Source: a candidate division FCPU426 bacterium
GTDB taxonomy: Bacteria; Oederibacteriota; JAAXVQ01; JAUVAV01
NCBI GenBank assembly: GCA_030637655.1
Contig: DAOWGI010000099.1
Span: forward strand, 17,414 to 81,413
Length of the DNA: 64,000 nucleotides
Direction: 5' to 3'
Position numbers and translations under genes: made by a program. The notes beneath the pieces were generated by a model. It was not told the origin of the DNA and searched no databases. It worked only from the letters and a program-made list of their open reading frames with translations. Each line of letters starts with the position of its first letter. Positions within the stretch are counted from its first letter, which is position 1. Shown piece after piece: positions 38,624-48,302 of this stretch.

Positions 38624-39193
38624 TTATTTATTTTTCGCGCGACGTTGGGCGCCCTCCGCCTTGCCGACCTCATGCAGCTTTTTTACCATTTCTTCTTTAA
38701 TCCCGGTCTCATCTTTGCGCCAGGGATACACGCCTTCCGGAAAATCATCCGGCAAAAACATGCGGCGCGAATCCGGAATATTCAGAACCTGCAAACCGAA
38801 AAACTCCTGTTTTTCCCGTTCACTGGTCAAGGCCCCGGGAATCAGATCGGTTATAGTATCAATTATCAAATCCGTCTTAGGCAAAGTTGTGCGAATCGTC
38901 ACACTGTATTCTCCGCGTGCTACGCCGTAATAAATAAAGAAGTGATACAAGAGTTCAATGCCCTCGCCCATATCACACCCGGAAATAACCGACAAATGCG
39001 GATACTGGATATCACACAATTGTTGAACCGCTATTTTTATTTTGGTCTTGTCAATAGTCAGCCAGATTTGAATGCTTTCTGCGCTTTTCAAGCCTTCGGA
39101 TCGTTTAACTATCCGGGAGGCCTGCAGTCCGTCACCCAAACATTGTTGAAACTGCTCAACCACTTGTTCTGGAGTTAATATGTTATCATTCAT
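38624..39193 (-). CDS. mbhK: Mbh subunit (NuoC-like)
   Basis: HLSVISGCD, EREKQEFFG, FLPDDFPEGVYPWRK. Confidence 0.88.
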   Translation of the reverse strand: MNDNILTPEQVVEQFQQCLGDGLQASRIVKRSEGLKSAESIQIWLTIDKTKIKIAVQQLCDIQYPHLSVISGCDMGEGIELLYHFFIYYGVARGEYSVTIRTTLPKTDLIIDTITDLIPGALTSEREKQEFFGLQVLNIPDSRRMFLPDDFPEGVYPWRKDETGIKEEMVKKLHEVGKAEGAQRRAKNK

Positions 39194-39618
39194 TTCTTCT
39201 GTATTTCCTCAAGTTTTTTCAGAGCTGTAACCACGCCGAAAATAATCGACTCCGGCCGCGGCGGGCAACCGGGCACGTACACATCCACGGGCACCACATC
39301 ATCCACGGGCCCTGACAGGGTATAGGATTCATAAAAAGGTCCGCCGCTTACTCCGCAGGCGCCAATGACCATCACCAATTTAGGATCCGGGGTCTGATGG
39401 TATACCCGCAAAAGTTTATCCTTCATTTTGTTCGTCACCGGACCGGTCACCAGAATCACATCCGCGTGCCGCGGCGTTCCCACCAGTTTGATGCCAAAGC
39501 GTTCAGGATCATAGCGTGGGGTGATGGCAGCCACAATCTCAATATCACAGCCATTGCAAGAACCGGTGTTTACGTGGTACACCCAGAGTGATTTATTTAA
39601 AGCTTTTGAAATACTCAT
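39190..39618 (-). CDS. mbhJ: Mbh small subunit (NuoB-like)
   Basis: SCNGCDIE, PRHAD, GAC, PGCPPRP; ATGA overlap with mbhI. Confidence 0.93.
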   Translation of the reverse strand: MSISKALNKSLWVYHVNTGSCNGCDIEIVAAITPRYDPERFGIKLVGTPRHADVILVTGPVTNKMKDKLLRVYHQTPDPKLVMVIGACGVSGGPFYESYTLSGPVDDVVPVDVYVPGCPPRPESIIFGVVTALKKLEEIQKK

Positions 39619-39959
39619 GCCAGCAGTCCTATCAATACAACCAGGGCCAGCACACCAAAGAGCCATAGCAGATAATCCGCGGGATTGCCGGTATGCAGAC
39701 TGATCATTTTTTCATAATACCCTTTGAGAGTTTCCAGATACCCCCAGTATAAATTGCCGGCTCGCACATGAATTTCATTGGGATCGGATTCGTCATTACC
39801 TGAAAGAAAAGGCTTGGTTTGCTCCGTATCCATTTTGTATTTCCTGGCGCCAAAACTGCGAATGATAACCGCCAGCACGACCACCACTACAAAAGCTGTT
39901 AACCACAGAAGCGGATGCCAGAATCCTGAACCGCTGGAAAGCGTTGTCATATACTCCAT
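39615..39959 (-). CDS. mbhI: Mbh membrane subunit I
   Basis: SGFW.P...KPFLSGN...NLYWG...HTG...DYLLW; operon position. Confidence 0.8.
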   Translation of the reverse strand: MEYMTTLSSGSGFWHPLLWLTAFVVVVVLAVIIRSFGARKYKMDTEQTKPFLSGNDESDPNEIHVRAGNLYWGYLETLKGYYEKMISLHTGNPADYLLWLFGVLALVVLIGLLA

Positions 39960-39960
39960 C

Positions 39961-41526
39961 TTACTTTGCTCCCATCACCAGGCCAATGTACTGGGATTGT
40001 TCCAGCAAAGCATTGACCGCGGGCTCGACAATATTTCGCACTATGATATCCGGGAAGATACCACCCGCCACCACCAGCAATGCCAACACTCCCATGGCCG
40101 TCAGCATGGAGGCCGGCACTTCTTTAGCCTCGCTAAACTGCGGCAATTTGGGTCCCATAAACATGGAATGAAATACTTTCATAAATGAAGCCAGGGTCAG
40201 AATACTCACCACAATGGCAATAATGGCAATAAAGGGGTTGAACAGGAAGACAGATTCGTACAGCATAAACTTTGAGGCAAATCCATTAAAGGGCGGAATG
40301 CCGGCAATAGCCAATGCGCCAATAATAAAGAAAATCATGGTATATTTCATAGTATGACCCAAACCACCCAGATCATTCAAATAGCGTTTGCCGGTTGTGT
40401 AAATTACCGCGCCGGCAGTTAAAAACAACAAACCTTTGTACAACGCGTGATTCATGATATGAAAAATACCGCCGATCATAGCAGTCCTGCCGCAGGCGTC
40501 CAATAGTTCTTTATTCCCCAGCGTGGCCAGGCCCACACCCACACCCAGGAGCATGTAGCCTGATTGAGAAACCGCGTGATAGGCCATCAAGCGTTTGACA
40601 TCCTTTTGCGGAATGGCCATGGTCACACCGATAAACATGGACAGCACGCCCAGGATGATAACCACCCAACCAAAGGTCACGGTGTTTAGATTCAGGTTAA
40701 ACATGGTAAAAAACATGCGAAAAAGCACGTACATGCCGGCCTGACTGGAGACCACCAGAAAAGCGGTAATAGCTGCCGGAGCGCGGGAATAGGCATCCGG
40801 AGTCCACATGTGCATTGGCACTGCTCCACATTTCATGGCCATGGGAACAATGATTAGAACCAGGGCAATGATGTCCAAACGGCTCAAGCGAATGTTCTGC
40901 GCAATAACTGCCATGTTGAGTGTGCCGTACTGACCGTATAAGATGGCCACTCCCAGCAGAAAAAACAAGCCTGCTACTGTGCTGATCAAGGCATATTTCA
41001 AGCCGGCTTCTACGGCCAGACCTTTATCGATCCGATACGCGACTAGCGCGGCTCCGGCCAAAGACGAAATTTCCAGAAACACAAATAGGTTAAAGAGATC
41101 ACCGGTGGAGACCATACCTATCACACCGGCTACCAATAAGAGCAGCAAGGCAAAGAAGTCAGCCTGACCGCTGCGCAGTTTCTCTGTGGCCAGGGAATAC
41201 AAGGTACTCATCAGTCCCACAATGGAAATGATAACAATCATGAAAGCGCTAAAAGCATCTATAGAAAAAATAATCCGAATGGGAATCCCGCCCGAATCCG
41301 GCGGAATGGTCAAGTCCGGAGCTGCGGCGCCAAAGACATAGGCCATGGCTCCGGTGGCAAATACTTGATAAGCCAAGTACAAGCCCGTAGCTGAAGTCAG
41401 GAGCATGCCGATAATCGCTAATCCATTACGTATTTTTTCGTGAATTTTACCCAACAACGGCAGGGCAAACGCGAATAAAAGCGGAATACCAACAACCAGA
41501 GCAGGAGTGTGTTGCGTGAATGACAA
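39961..41526 (-). CDS. mbhH: Mbh antiporter-like subunit (MrpD-like)
   Basis: DLFNLFVFLEI, KCGAVPMHMWTPDAY, KRLMAY, IPPFNGFASK. Confidence 0.9.
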   Translation of the reverse strand: MSFTQHTPALVVGIPLLFAFALPLLGKIHEKIRNGLAIIGMLLTSATGLYLAYQVFATGAMAYVFGAAAPDLTIPPDSGGIPIRIIFSIDAFSAFMIVIISIVGLMSTLYSLATEKLRSGQADFFALLLLLVAGVIGMVSTGDLFNLFVFLEISSLAGAALVAYRIDKGLAVEAGLKYALISTVAGLFFLLGVAILYGQYGTLNMAVIAQNIRLSRLDIIALVLIIVPMAMKCGAVPMHMWTPDAYSRAPAAITAFLVVSSQAGMYVLFRMFFTMFNLNLNTVTFGWVVIILGVLSMFIGVTMAIPQKDVKRLMAYHAVSQSGYMLLGVGVGLATLGNKELLDACGRTAMIGGIFHIMNHALYKGLLFLTAGAVIYTTGKRYLNDLGGLGHTMKYTMIFFIIGALAIAGIPPFNGFASKFMLYESVFLFNPFIAIIAIVVSILTLASFMKVFHSMFMGPKLPQFSEAKEVPASMLTAMGVLALLVVAGGIFPDIIVRNIVEPAVNALLEQSQYIGLVMGAK

Positions 41527-41531
41527 ATTTA

Positions 41532-41876
41532 TTATCCTTTCAACCTATTAATGGAGTCACTATTTAAAGTCCCGTATTTTTTATAGATAAAAACCGCGAA
41601 CGAGAGCAGCAAGGCCATGGTCGCGACACCAATCACAATCGAGGTCAGAGCCATGGCTTGCACAGTCGGCAAAACCATCTTGGTGGAGGGTGCGTTGGTA
41701 AAAATCGGCGCGATCCCATCCTGGCGATAGCCCAATGCCACGAGAAAGAGATTGACCGCGCCTTCCAAAAGACCCAGGCCTAAAATAATTTTGATAATAT
41801 TCTTTCGCATTATCATGGTGGCCAGACCAATAATGGCAATCAGAGCAAAAGCAATAAAAGGAACATTAGCTAGCAT
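41532..41876 (-). CDS. mbhG: MrpC-like subunit
   Basis: KNIIKIILGL, QAMALTSIVIG. Confidence 0.88.
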   Translation of the reverse strand: MLANVPFIAFALIAIIGLATMIMRKNIIKIILGLGLLEGAVNLFLVALGYRQDGIAPIFTNAPSTKMVLPTVQAMALTSIVIGVATMALLLSFAVFIYKKYGTLNSDSINRLKG

Positions 41877-42348
41877 CTTCTTTGTTCACTCCCATTTTCA
41901 CAACATACGTTAACATATAGTAGATAATCAGCGACAAAGCGCCCAATACTTCCACGCCCACCGCAATATTCAAGAGCGGAATAATACCGCCGGTATTTAA
42001 ATTCCCGGCATTTTGACCATACGCCACCGCTTCCCCAAACAACATCCCGGGAATATTGACCATCCAATTATAGAGAAAGCTCTTGCCAAAAAAAATACCC
42101 GCAAATCCAAAGGTGATGAACATAAGCAGGCCAAAAGTTTCGCATACATTAAAAATCGCTTTTTTAAAAATCAACGAGATCTCACGATAACGGTGTGCTG
42201 CAAACATCAGGGCAATTCCGGTCGCGATGACCGCGCCACCCTGAAATCCGCCGCCCGGTGTCAGGTGACCATGCAAGACAATATAGAACCCGAAGATCAT
42301 GACAAACGGATAAAGGAAATCCGCGGCCGCGCGTACGATCTTGCTCAT
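41866..42348 (-). CDS. mbhF: MrpB-like subunit
   Basis: HGHLTPGGGFQGG. Confidence 0.9.
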   Translation of the reverse strand: MSKIVRAAADFLYPFVMIFGFYIVLHGHLTPGGGFQGGAVIATGIALMFAAHRYREISLIFKKAIFNVCETFGLLMFITFGFAGIFFGKSFLYNWMVNIPGMLFGEAVAYGQNAGNLNTGGIIPLLNIAVGVEVLGALSLIIYYMLTYVVKMGVNKEDAS

Positions 42349-42635
42349 TCAGATTCCTCCTCTTCCCTGGCCATTAATTTGCGAAAGAGCATACCTATAC
42401 CCAGGACCACCACAAACAGGACCGTGGCTTCACCCAGAGTATCAAACCCGCGAAAATCAAATACCACCGCAGTAACAACATTATTCGCGCCGGTTTGTTC
42501 CTGACCGCGCGCGAGAAAATAGTCATCCATTTGGGTATTAACCGGCCGGCCAAAAGTAATGTCATGGCCGGCGGTCATGTACACAAAGGTCCCGCTCAAA
42601 ACGACCAGTATGGAAGCGACCGCAAGGTTTCTCAT
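42345..42635 (-). CDS. mbhE: Mbh subunit E
   Basis: NVVTAVVFDFRGFDTLGE. Confidence 0.9.
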   Translation of the reverse strand: MRNLAVASILVVLSGTFVYMTAGHDITFGRPVNTQMDDYFLARGQEQTGANNVVTAVVFDFRGFDTLGEATVLFVVVLGIGMLFRKLMAREEEESE

Positions 42636-42889
42636 TAGTTATCAAACTCCTTGCGAGTAGTACTGCGAACCGCTTGGATTAATATGGCAGTGGTGATTCC
42701 CGCCCCAATACCGGCTTCGGCAATAGCAACATCCGGTGCCTGCAAAATATAAAATTCCACGGACATCAGAAAGCTAAACGCCGCGAAAGCAATAGCCGCG
42801 TGCAGCAAATCTTTCAAATAAAAGACCAACAGACCTATGAGCACCAGACCGGTTAAAATAATAATTTGAATGGCAAACGCGATGGTCAT
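42635..42889 (-). CDS. mbhD: Mbh subunit D (DUF4040-like)
   Basis: LQAPDVAIAEA. Confidence 0.88.
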   Translation of the reverse strand: MTIAFAIQIIILTGLVLIGLLVFYLKDLLHAAIAFAAFSFLMSVEFYILQAPDVAIAEAGIGAGITTAILIQAVRSTTRKEFDN

Positions 42890-43266
42890 TCTTCAGCTTC
42901 CTTTTCCAGGAATTCAACTTCAGCGAGTTTATCTACCACAGCCCTGACCGGTTTCTGTCCCCGGTTGTAGGCGGCTTGGGCAATGGCATGTGATCCGGTG
43001 GCATTGGTAAACGCCAAAACAAGAATCGCCAGTACCACGTGAATGCTCAGGGACAAGCCGGAAGCATCATTGGCATGGAAATATTGATGCAAGCTATGGA
43101 CCACAATGGAGAGCGAGATGAAAATCGCGCCAAAGGTTGTGGTTTTAGTCTCTGCGTGCAAGCGGGTGTAAACATCAGGAAAGCGGAGCAACCCGATGAT
43201 CCCTACCAGGTTAAAGAACAACCCAATGCCTAATAATATATAAACAACCAGTGTGAGGATATCCAT
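42886..43266 (-). CDS. mbhC: MrpG-like subunit
   Basis: RFPDVYTRLHA.TK. Confidence 0.9.
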   Translation of the reverse strand: MDILTLVVYILLGIGLFFNLVGIIGLLRFPDVYTRLHAETKTTTFGAIFISLSIVVHSLHQYFHANDASGLSLSIHVVLAILVLAFTNATGSHAIAQAAYNRGQKPVRAVVDKLAEVEFLEKEAEE

Positions 43267-43526
43267 TACAGATAGTTCCTTTTAAGAAATCTGGCAATAA
43301 ACAGTGTTCCGACAAATGAGAGCAAAGCATACACGATCGCCACATCCACAAAAACGGTCTGTTTGTACACCGCGCCCAAGACAATCATGATAGCGACCAC
43401 AAGCGTATTAATGGCATCCAGAGCCACCACGCGATCCGGCGCTGTCGGCCCCATCATCAAGCGCAGGGTGGCGCCAAAAATAAGCAAGCCCAAAACAAAG
43501 ACGCTGATATTCCAGGCTAAAATCAT
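43266..43526 (-). CDS. mbhB: MrpF-like subunit
   Basis: GPTAPDRVVALD. Confidence 0.9.
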   Translation of the reverse strand: MILAWNISVFVLGLLIFGATLRLMMGPTAPDRVVALDAINTLVVAIMIVLGAVYKQTVFVDVAIVYALLSFVGTLFIARFLKRNYL

Positions 43527-44053
43527 TCGGCAATTCTCCTTACCCAGGCAGAGAGGTCAAACCAGGAAAAAATATCTTTTCCCGCCCAGGATCCCTTCTG
43601 CTCTTTCCCAGGCGCAATATTCAGCAAATGCACGTACAAATCATTGCTCTCTTCATCCACATGCACAGCCAGGGTGCCGGGAGTTAAGGTAATGGAATTG
43701 GCAATCAACATAATGCCGAAATCGGATTTTAATTGGGGATTGTATTTAATAATGCCCGGACGAATTTTTCCGGTAAAGACTCGTATAGCCACATCAATAT
43801 TGGCTTTGGCCATCTCAATAAAAAAAGGAATAAGCACATACAGCAAAGCCAGGATCATACGAATTGGGTTACACTTTATTTTATTGTTGCGAAAATGAAA
43901 TCCCGAGGTCAAAGCAGCCACTATAATGGCCAGAATACCACCGGCAATCAGTTCCTGCCCAGTCCAAGACCCGGCTGTAAAAATCAGGTAGGCTAGGTAT
44001 GCGGATATTGCTGTTAAAATAAAGGCAATCACTGGATTTTCCTTTAAAGACAA
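43523..44053 (-). CDS. mbhA: MrpE-like subunit
   Basis: ANIDVA, RPGI, ANSITLTPGTL. Confidence 0.9.
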   Translation of the reverse strand: MSLKENPVIAFILTAISAYLAYLIFTAGSWTGQELIAGGILAIIVAALTSGFHFRNNKIKCNPIRMILALLYVLIPFFIEMAKANIDVAIRVFTGKIRPGIIKYNPQLKSDFGIMLIANSITLTPGTLAVHVDEESNDLYVHLLNIAPGKEQKGSWAGKDIFSWFDLSAWVRRIAE

Positions 44054-44156
44054 TGTTTTACGAGATCTTCGAACAACCGGAATAGACTACCACACCTAAA
44101 AAAGAGGGGTTCAAAACAGGGTTGTCTAGCAGATCTGGTACTCAAATCACCGCGGT

Positions 44157-44185
44157 AAGATACTAAACTATAGGTGAAATGTCAA
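44157..44185 (-). promoter_or_regulatory. Candidate sigma70 promoter of the mbh operon
   Basis: TTGACA-N17-TATCTT on the minus strand. Confidence 0.55.
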
Positions 44186-44195
44186 TAATTATTAT

Positions 44196-44510
44196 TTATT
44201 CAGTAGGGGCAACGATGCTTGTCCGACTTTGCCTCAGCGAAGTCGGATGCCGTGCCCCTACAATGTTGATAATCCTATGCATATGATTCGGCATGGTACA
44301 CATCTCATCTATTGTGACATCCGGAAAATGTACGGAAATCTCCATCCAACATTTACGCACAATTCCCCCATATGCATTCAACGCCATTTCATCATTTATT
44401 ATCTCCCCAAACAGACACACCCTGTCTTTGGTACAAATAGTAATGAAATATGCTCCGGGTGAGGAATAATTGTATTTTGGCAGGCGAGCGGATTGACGGT
44501 TGGATTTCAT
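44196..44510 (-). pseudogene. Truncated REP-associated tyrosine transposase (RAYT, Y1 HUH)
   Basis: RLPKYNYSSPGAYFITICT...MPNHMH; ends in a REP at 44203-44261 and lacks the C-terminal half; REP upstream at 44581. Confidence 0.85.
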
Positions 44511-44580
44511 ACCTCTGTCCCCTTTCAATTTATGAGACAGATTTTTCCGGAAATCCTTTCATATTTTTTTTTATATTTCT

Positions 44581-44608
44581 GTAGGGGCACGGCATGCCGT
44601 GCCCCTAC
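44581..44608. repeat. REP palindrome upstream of the RAYT
   Basis: GTAGGGGCACGGCATGCCGTGCCCCTAC. Confidence 0.9.
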
Positions 44609-44939
44609 TTGCAATTATATTGATTATTATGTATATTTATCCTTGAAATATCCAACTTAAATACAGATTTTTCAAGGATGATAATTAAGCATAAGGTAGT
44701 AAGGGAATGTCCTCTATCTTACGGGAGGTGCGTGATATTGCGAATGGAATATACTTATACCAAGTCGTTTTGTATAAAAACGGTAAAGAGTACAAGCAGA
44801 AGATTAAATAGGAGGATTAGCGCCTAAATGCAGATAACCTGCTGACACAAAGATAATCTTAACTACTACATATATATAGGTGTAATATAGAATTTTGTTG
44901 AATAGTTTGGAGTTTTGATTTTATCTGTTCATTGTGGTT

Positions 44940-47390
44940 TTAGCACCCACCGGTTACAAATGCCGCCACTTTGAGAAAAAGACGCTTTATTTTGTCATAT
45001 GAAGCTAAGGATGCATAGGAAGATAAATAGAGTGATAAATCGGCTGAGATATTTAGGTGGCAGATATTATCTGTGATCATATCTAAAAGCCCATCATTAT
45101 CCAGATCGCCGGCCCATATGATTTGCGTGCAATCAAAACTATTTTGCTTATCATCCGATTTAATTAATACATTGCAATGCCAACCCAAATCGGCATTATT
45201 ATACTTAGACATGACGGTTAATTCGTAGTTTTTGCCGGAAAAACTAAATGAGGCAGTTTTTGTTACAGACGTTTTTCCCTCCGGTGGATTTCCGCTCATA
45301 AAACAGTCCAATTCCTGTAAGTCAATGCTGGGAAGCATTCCCGGCTTAAATGGTCCTCCTAAAATAATCAAAGGTGAACTTTCTTGCTCGGTATCAACAG
45401 CATAAGTATGTTTTACGGAAAACGGAATATGTAGAACATTGCTCTCGTCTATATCCTCTATTTTTGGTATGGATACCACAACTTCTTCCAGTTGATAACC
45501 TTGATTTTGCTTAAATAAAGCCAAGGCTGTTTGGCCGTTTTTGAAGTGAATCGCATCGGGCCAGACATCACCGGTTTGACCTATATAAATATTCAGTGGC
45601 ATCGCTTTTAACAAGGTTTGACCATAATTATCCCACCACTCTCTCCATTTGACTTGGTCTGCTTGATAATTAACTTGGGGCATAAATTCAAATTGGGCAA
45701 GTTGGGGTAGTATGGTTATTGCGGTTTTTCTAATATAAGAAGAGGGATCATTTAGCATATCAATAATATGGGGAATAGCTTTTTTCGCATTCGCTCCGCC
45801 AATACACTGTAGGGCGGATTTTTTGATATAATTATTCTTGCTCTTGAGCGCCAGGATGAGTTGATCCTGAACAAAGTCTTTGTCAATTCCGGATACAAAA
45901 GAGATCAAGGTGCCGCGCATATTGGAATACGGATGGCTGAATCCTTTTTCGATAATCATTTTCAGATATTGGGCATTTAAATTTTCCTTATGTTTCGCAA
46001 TGGCTCTGGCAAGCATGAAATTGCCGGCATGATCCGGATGCGTAATTCGATGGATAAGAGGCTCCAATGCCAAGGGATGACCGGTTGAACCTAGTGCATG
46101 GGTGGCGCAGATACGAACTTCTCTGCTCGTGTTTTGCAATTGCTTAATTAGATGAGCAACCACTTCAGTTTGTTCGGTTTGGCTCAATAATTTGTATTGC
46201 TGTAAGGCTTTTTCAGGAGTCGGCTTCCCTTGGGATGTCCATTGCTTGGCATTGATAATTAATTTATCGGCGATTGCTTGAGTTGTTGTATGGACGGATG
46301 AAGATGGTGACTGTGTATAATGCGAGGAGGCGGATCTTAGTTCGAGAGGAGCAGGGAAGCTAGCTTTGTCCACCTCAATGGTATAAACCCACGCTGGTAG
46401 TGAGATACCCGTGCCCTTCCTATGCATCGTAAGTAAAAAGTCAATCATTTCCTTGGCATTGGTTTTGCGCGTGTAGCGAAGTAGGGTATTAAAAATAGCT
46501 ATATCCTTGTCTAAGGCTGCTTTTTTTACAGCATACGTTAAACTCTCAATATTTAATCTATACCAACGATGATGCCAGGGCTGAGACCATTTCTCATTCC
46601 AAACCGCATCGTGTTGGACAAGTTTGACTATCCACTCTTTTTGATATCGCGCCATGGCAAGGGTCATAGGTGTGATGCCGTAATCATCTGCGTCATTGAC
46701 CGACGCATTGTTATTGAACAAGGTTTCTGCCGCGATATAGCGGCGATCGAACAGATGTTTTAATAATTGTCTACCCACAGATACACTTTTCTGACTGAAC
46801 ATCAAGGAATTTATTTTTACCAAATCCTCATTAGCTGTTTTTTGATAATACACTTCAGCTGGTACCTGGTAGAAATACTTGTCTTTTTCATCGATCAGAA
46901 TTCGAATGACTTCGGGATTTCCATTTTTTAAGGCGGTTTGGAATAAGAAAAAATATGGTCCATGTTTTTTTCCTAAGGGCAAAAACAATTGGAGTTGAAG
47001 AGGCTTACCATGGGCGATGGCATTACGCACCATTTTATTCGGCATATCCGGTAAATGGAATAAAAATAAAACAAACAAAAGAAGTAAAATCACAGCAGGC
47101 TGGAAAAGTAACGCTGACTTTGATCTCATTTTCTGGTGTCGTTTTTCCAGTACCGCCCAGGTGATAATAAATAGCATATGTGTAATTAAAAAACTACCCA
47201 TGATAATAAGCTTGCCGATGGCGGCTAATCCATCATGGTTAGTGGGACGAAATAGGTAAACATAAACAGCAGCAATCACGACATGAATAATGAGCTTTGC
47301 CCAGGCGTGTGAACCACGAAATAGGAAAAACAGTGCGATTGCGGTTGGAATTAAAACAATTAATAAAATATAAATTATGAAATCATTCAT
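44940..47390 (-). CDS. Membrane-anchored ankyrin-like and HEAT-repeat protein
   Basis: About four N-terminal TMs; ASVNDADDYGITPM ankyrin-like; VRICATHALG, IRKTAITIL HEAT-like; WAGDLDNDGLLD. Confidence 0.7.
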   Translation of the reverse strand: MNDFIIYILLIVLIPTAIALFFLFRGSHAWAKLIIHVVIAAVYVYLFRPTNHDGLAAIGKLIIMGSFLITHMLFIITWAVLEKRHQKMRSKSALLFQPAVILLLLFVLFLFHLPDMPNKMVRNAIAHGKPLQLQLFLPLGKKHGPYFFLFQTALKNGNPEVIRILIDEKDKYFYQVPAEVYYQKTANEDLVKINSLMFSQKSVSVGRQLLKHLFDRRYIAAETLFNNNASVNDADDYGITPMTLAMARYQKEWIVKLVQHDAVWNEKWSQPWHHRWYRLNIESLTYAVKKAALDKDIAIFNTLLRYTRKTNAKEMIDFLLTMHRKGTGISLPAWVYTIEVDKASFPAPLELRSASSHYTQSPSSSVHTTTQAIADKLIINAKQWTSQGKPTPEKALQQYKLLSQTEQTEVVAHLIKQLQNTSREVRICATHALGSTGHPLALEPLIHRITHPDHAGNFMLARAIAKHKENLNAQYLKMIIEKGFSHPYSNMRGTLISFVSGIDKDFVQDQLILALKSKNNYIKKSALQCIGGANAKKAIPHIIDMLNDPSSYIRKTAITILPQLAQFEFMPQVNYQADQVKWREWWDNYGQTLLKAMPLNIYIGQTGDVWPDAIHFKNGQTALALFKQNQGYQLEEVVVSIPKIEDIDESNVLHIPFSVKHTYAVDTEQESSPLIILGGPFKPGMLPSIDLQELDCFMSGNPPEGKTSVTKTASFSFSGKNYELTVMSKYNNADLGWHCNVLIKSDDKQNSFDCTQIIWAGDLDNDGLLDMITDNICHLNISADLSLYLSSYASLASYDKIKRLFLKVAAFVTGGC

Positions 47391-47606
47391 TCGCTAATCC
47401 TTCTGGATGAGCTGATAAAAAATTACTTTAATGGAAATATTGTAACAACGGATGAAATATTACGTCAACGGCAAAAACCGGCCCTAAAAAACGGTCTGAA
47501 ATGTTGGGCTTACGAGGATCGAATTGACTTATAAATAATGTTTCCGAATGTTTTTTATTGTCCCCGGCTCCCCAGGCTAAATTCTCCCCATCTTCCTCAT
47601 CATCCT

Positions 47607-47816
47607 CTAGGGAGTATATTGTTCGGTAATACTTATTACTTCTTCATTCTCAACACTAATAAAAAATGCTTCATCAGTTGATTTGTTTTGCTGTGTCGCT
47701 TTTGATTTTGCGCAGCCACTTAAGGCGATAATGAAAATTAAACAAGTGAGACTAGTGATAAAACATGACTTGAATTTTATTCTTTTTTCCAAACACTTTT
47801 TTTCTGTTTGCTTCAT
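47607..47816 (-). CDS. Short or truncated lipoprotein
   Basis: LSGC lipobox; AGGAGG RBS. Confidence 0.45.
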   Translation of the reverse strand: MKQTEKKCLEKRIKFKSCFITSLTCLIFIIALSGCAKSKATQQNKSTDEAFFISVENEEVISITEQYTP

Positions 47817-47941
47817 GAACTGCCTCCTAATGTATATACTTAGAATATTCTTGTCCAAATTAGCTCCTTAAAAAAATGACCAAGGCACTTCCGGGACTGC
47901 ATGGCACGACCGCAAGAAGTCCCATACGATCCCCCTCCAGC

Positions 47942-48302
47942 AGAGGCGTCTTGTGCCCCTACATATGGTAAACCCCTCTATCAATGTTCCAGATAATTCA
48001 AAGTACATATACTTTATCCCTAACCGGGCGATTACGTGGAATAATTCTCCGAGGGCGAACACAAGGTTTGCCCCTACAATTGTCACGGGCGCATGCAATG
48101 CGCCCCTACAATATAACAACCCAGGGCGGGTTTCCCCGACCGGATAAATTATTCTGAACATGGGATTCCCTTCGGTTCAGAACCCGCCCCTACCGGGCGA
48201 ACACAAGGTTCGCCCCTACGAGGGCGAACACAAGGTTCACCCCTACGAGGGCGGATACATGGATCCGCCCCTACGAGGGCGGATACATGGATCCGCCCCT
48301 AC
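47942..48302. repeat. REP cluster of about nine palindromes, the last four in 27-28 bp tandem
   Basis: GGGCGAACACAAGGTTCGCCCCTAC variants x3; GGGCGGATACATGGATCCGCCCCTAC x2. Confidence 0.85.

Noticed and set aside
35801-44053. Complex I, stand-alone Mrp antiporter or Mbx/MBS
   Set aside because: The large subunit retains both CxxC Ni motifs and a cleavable tail, and hyp and hycI genes are nearby
48194-48302. CRISPR array
   Set aside because: Units are adjacent 27-28 bp REP palindromes without unique spacers, and no cas genes are in the window
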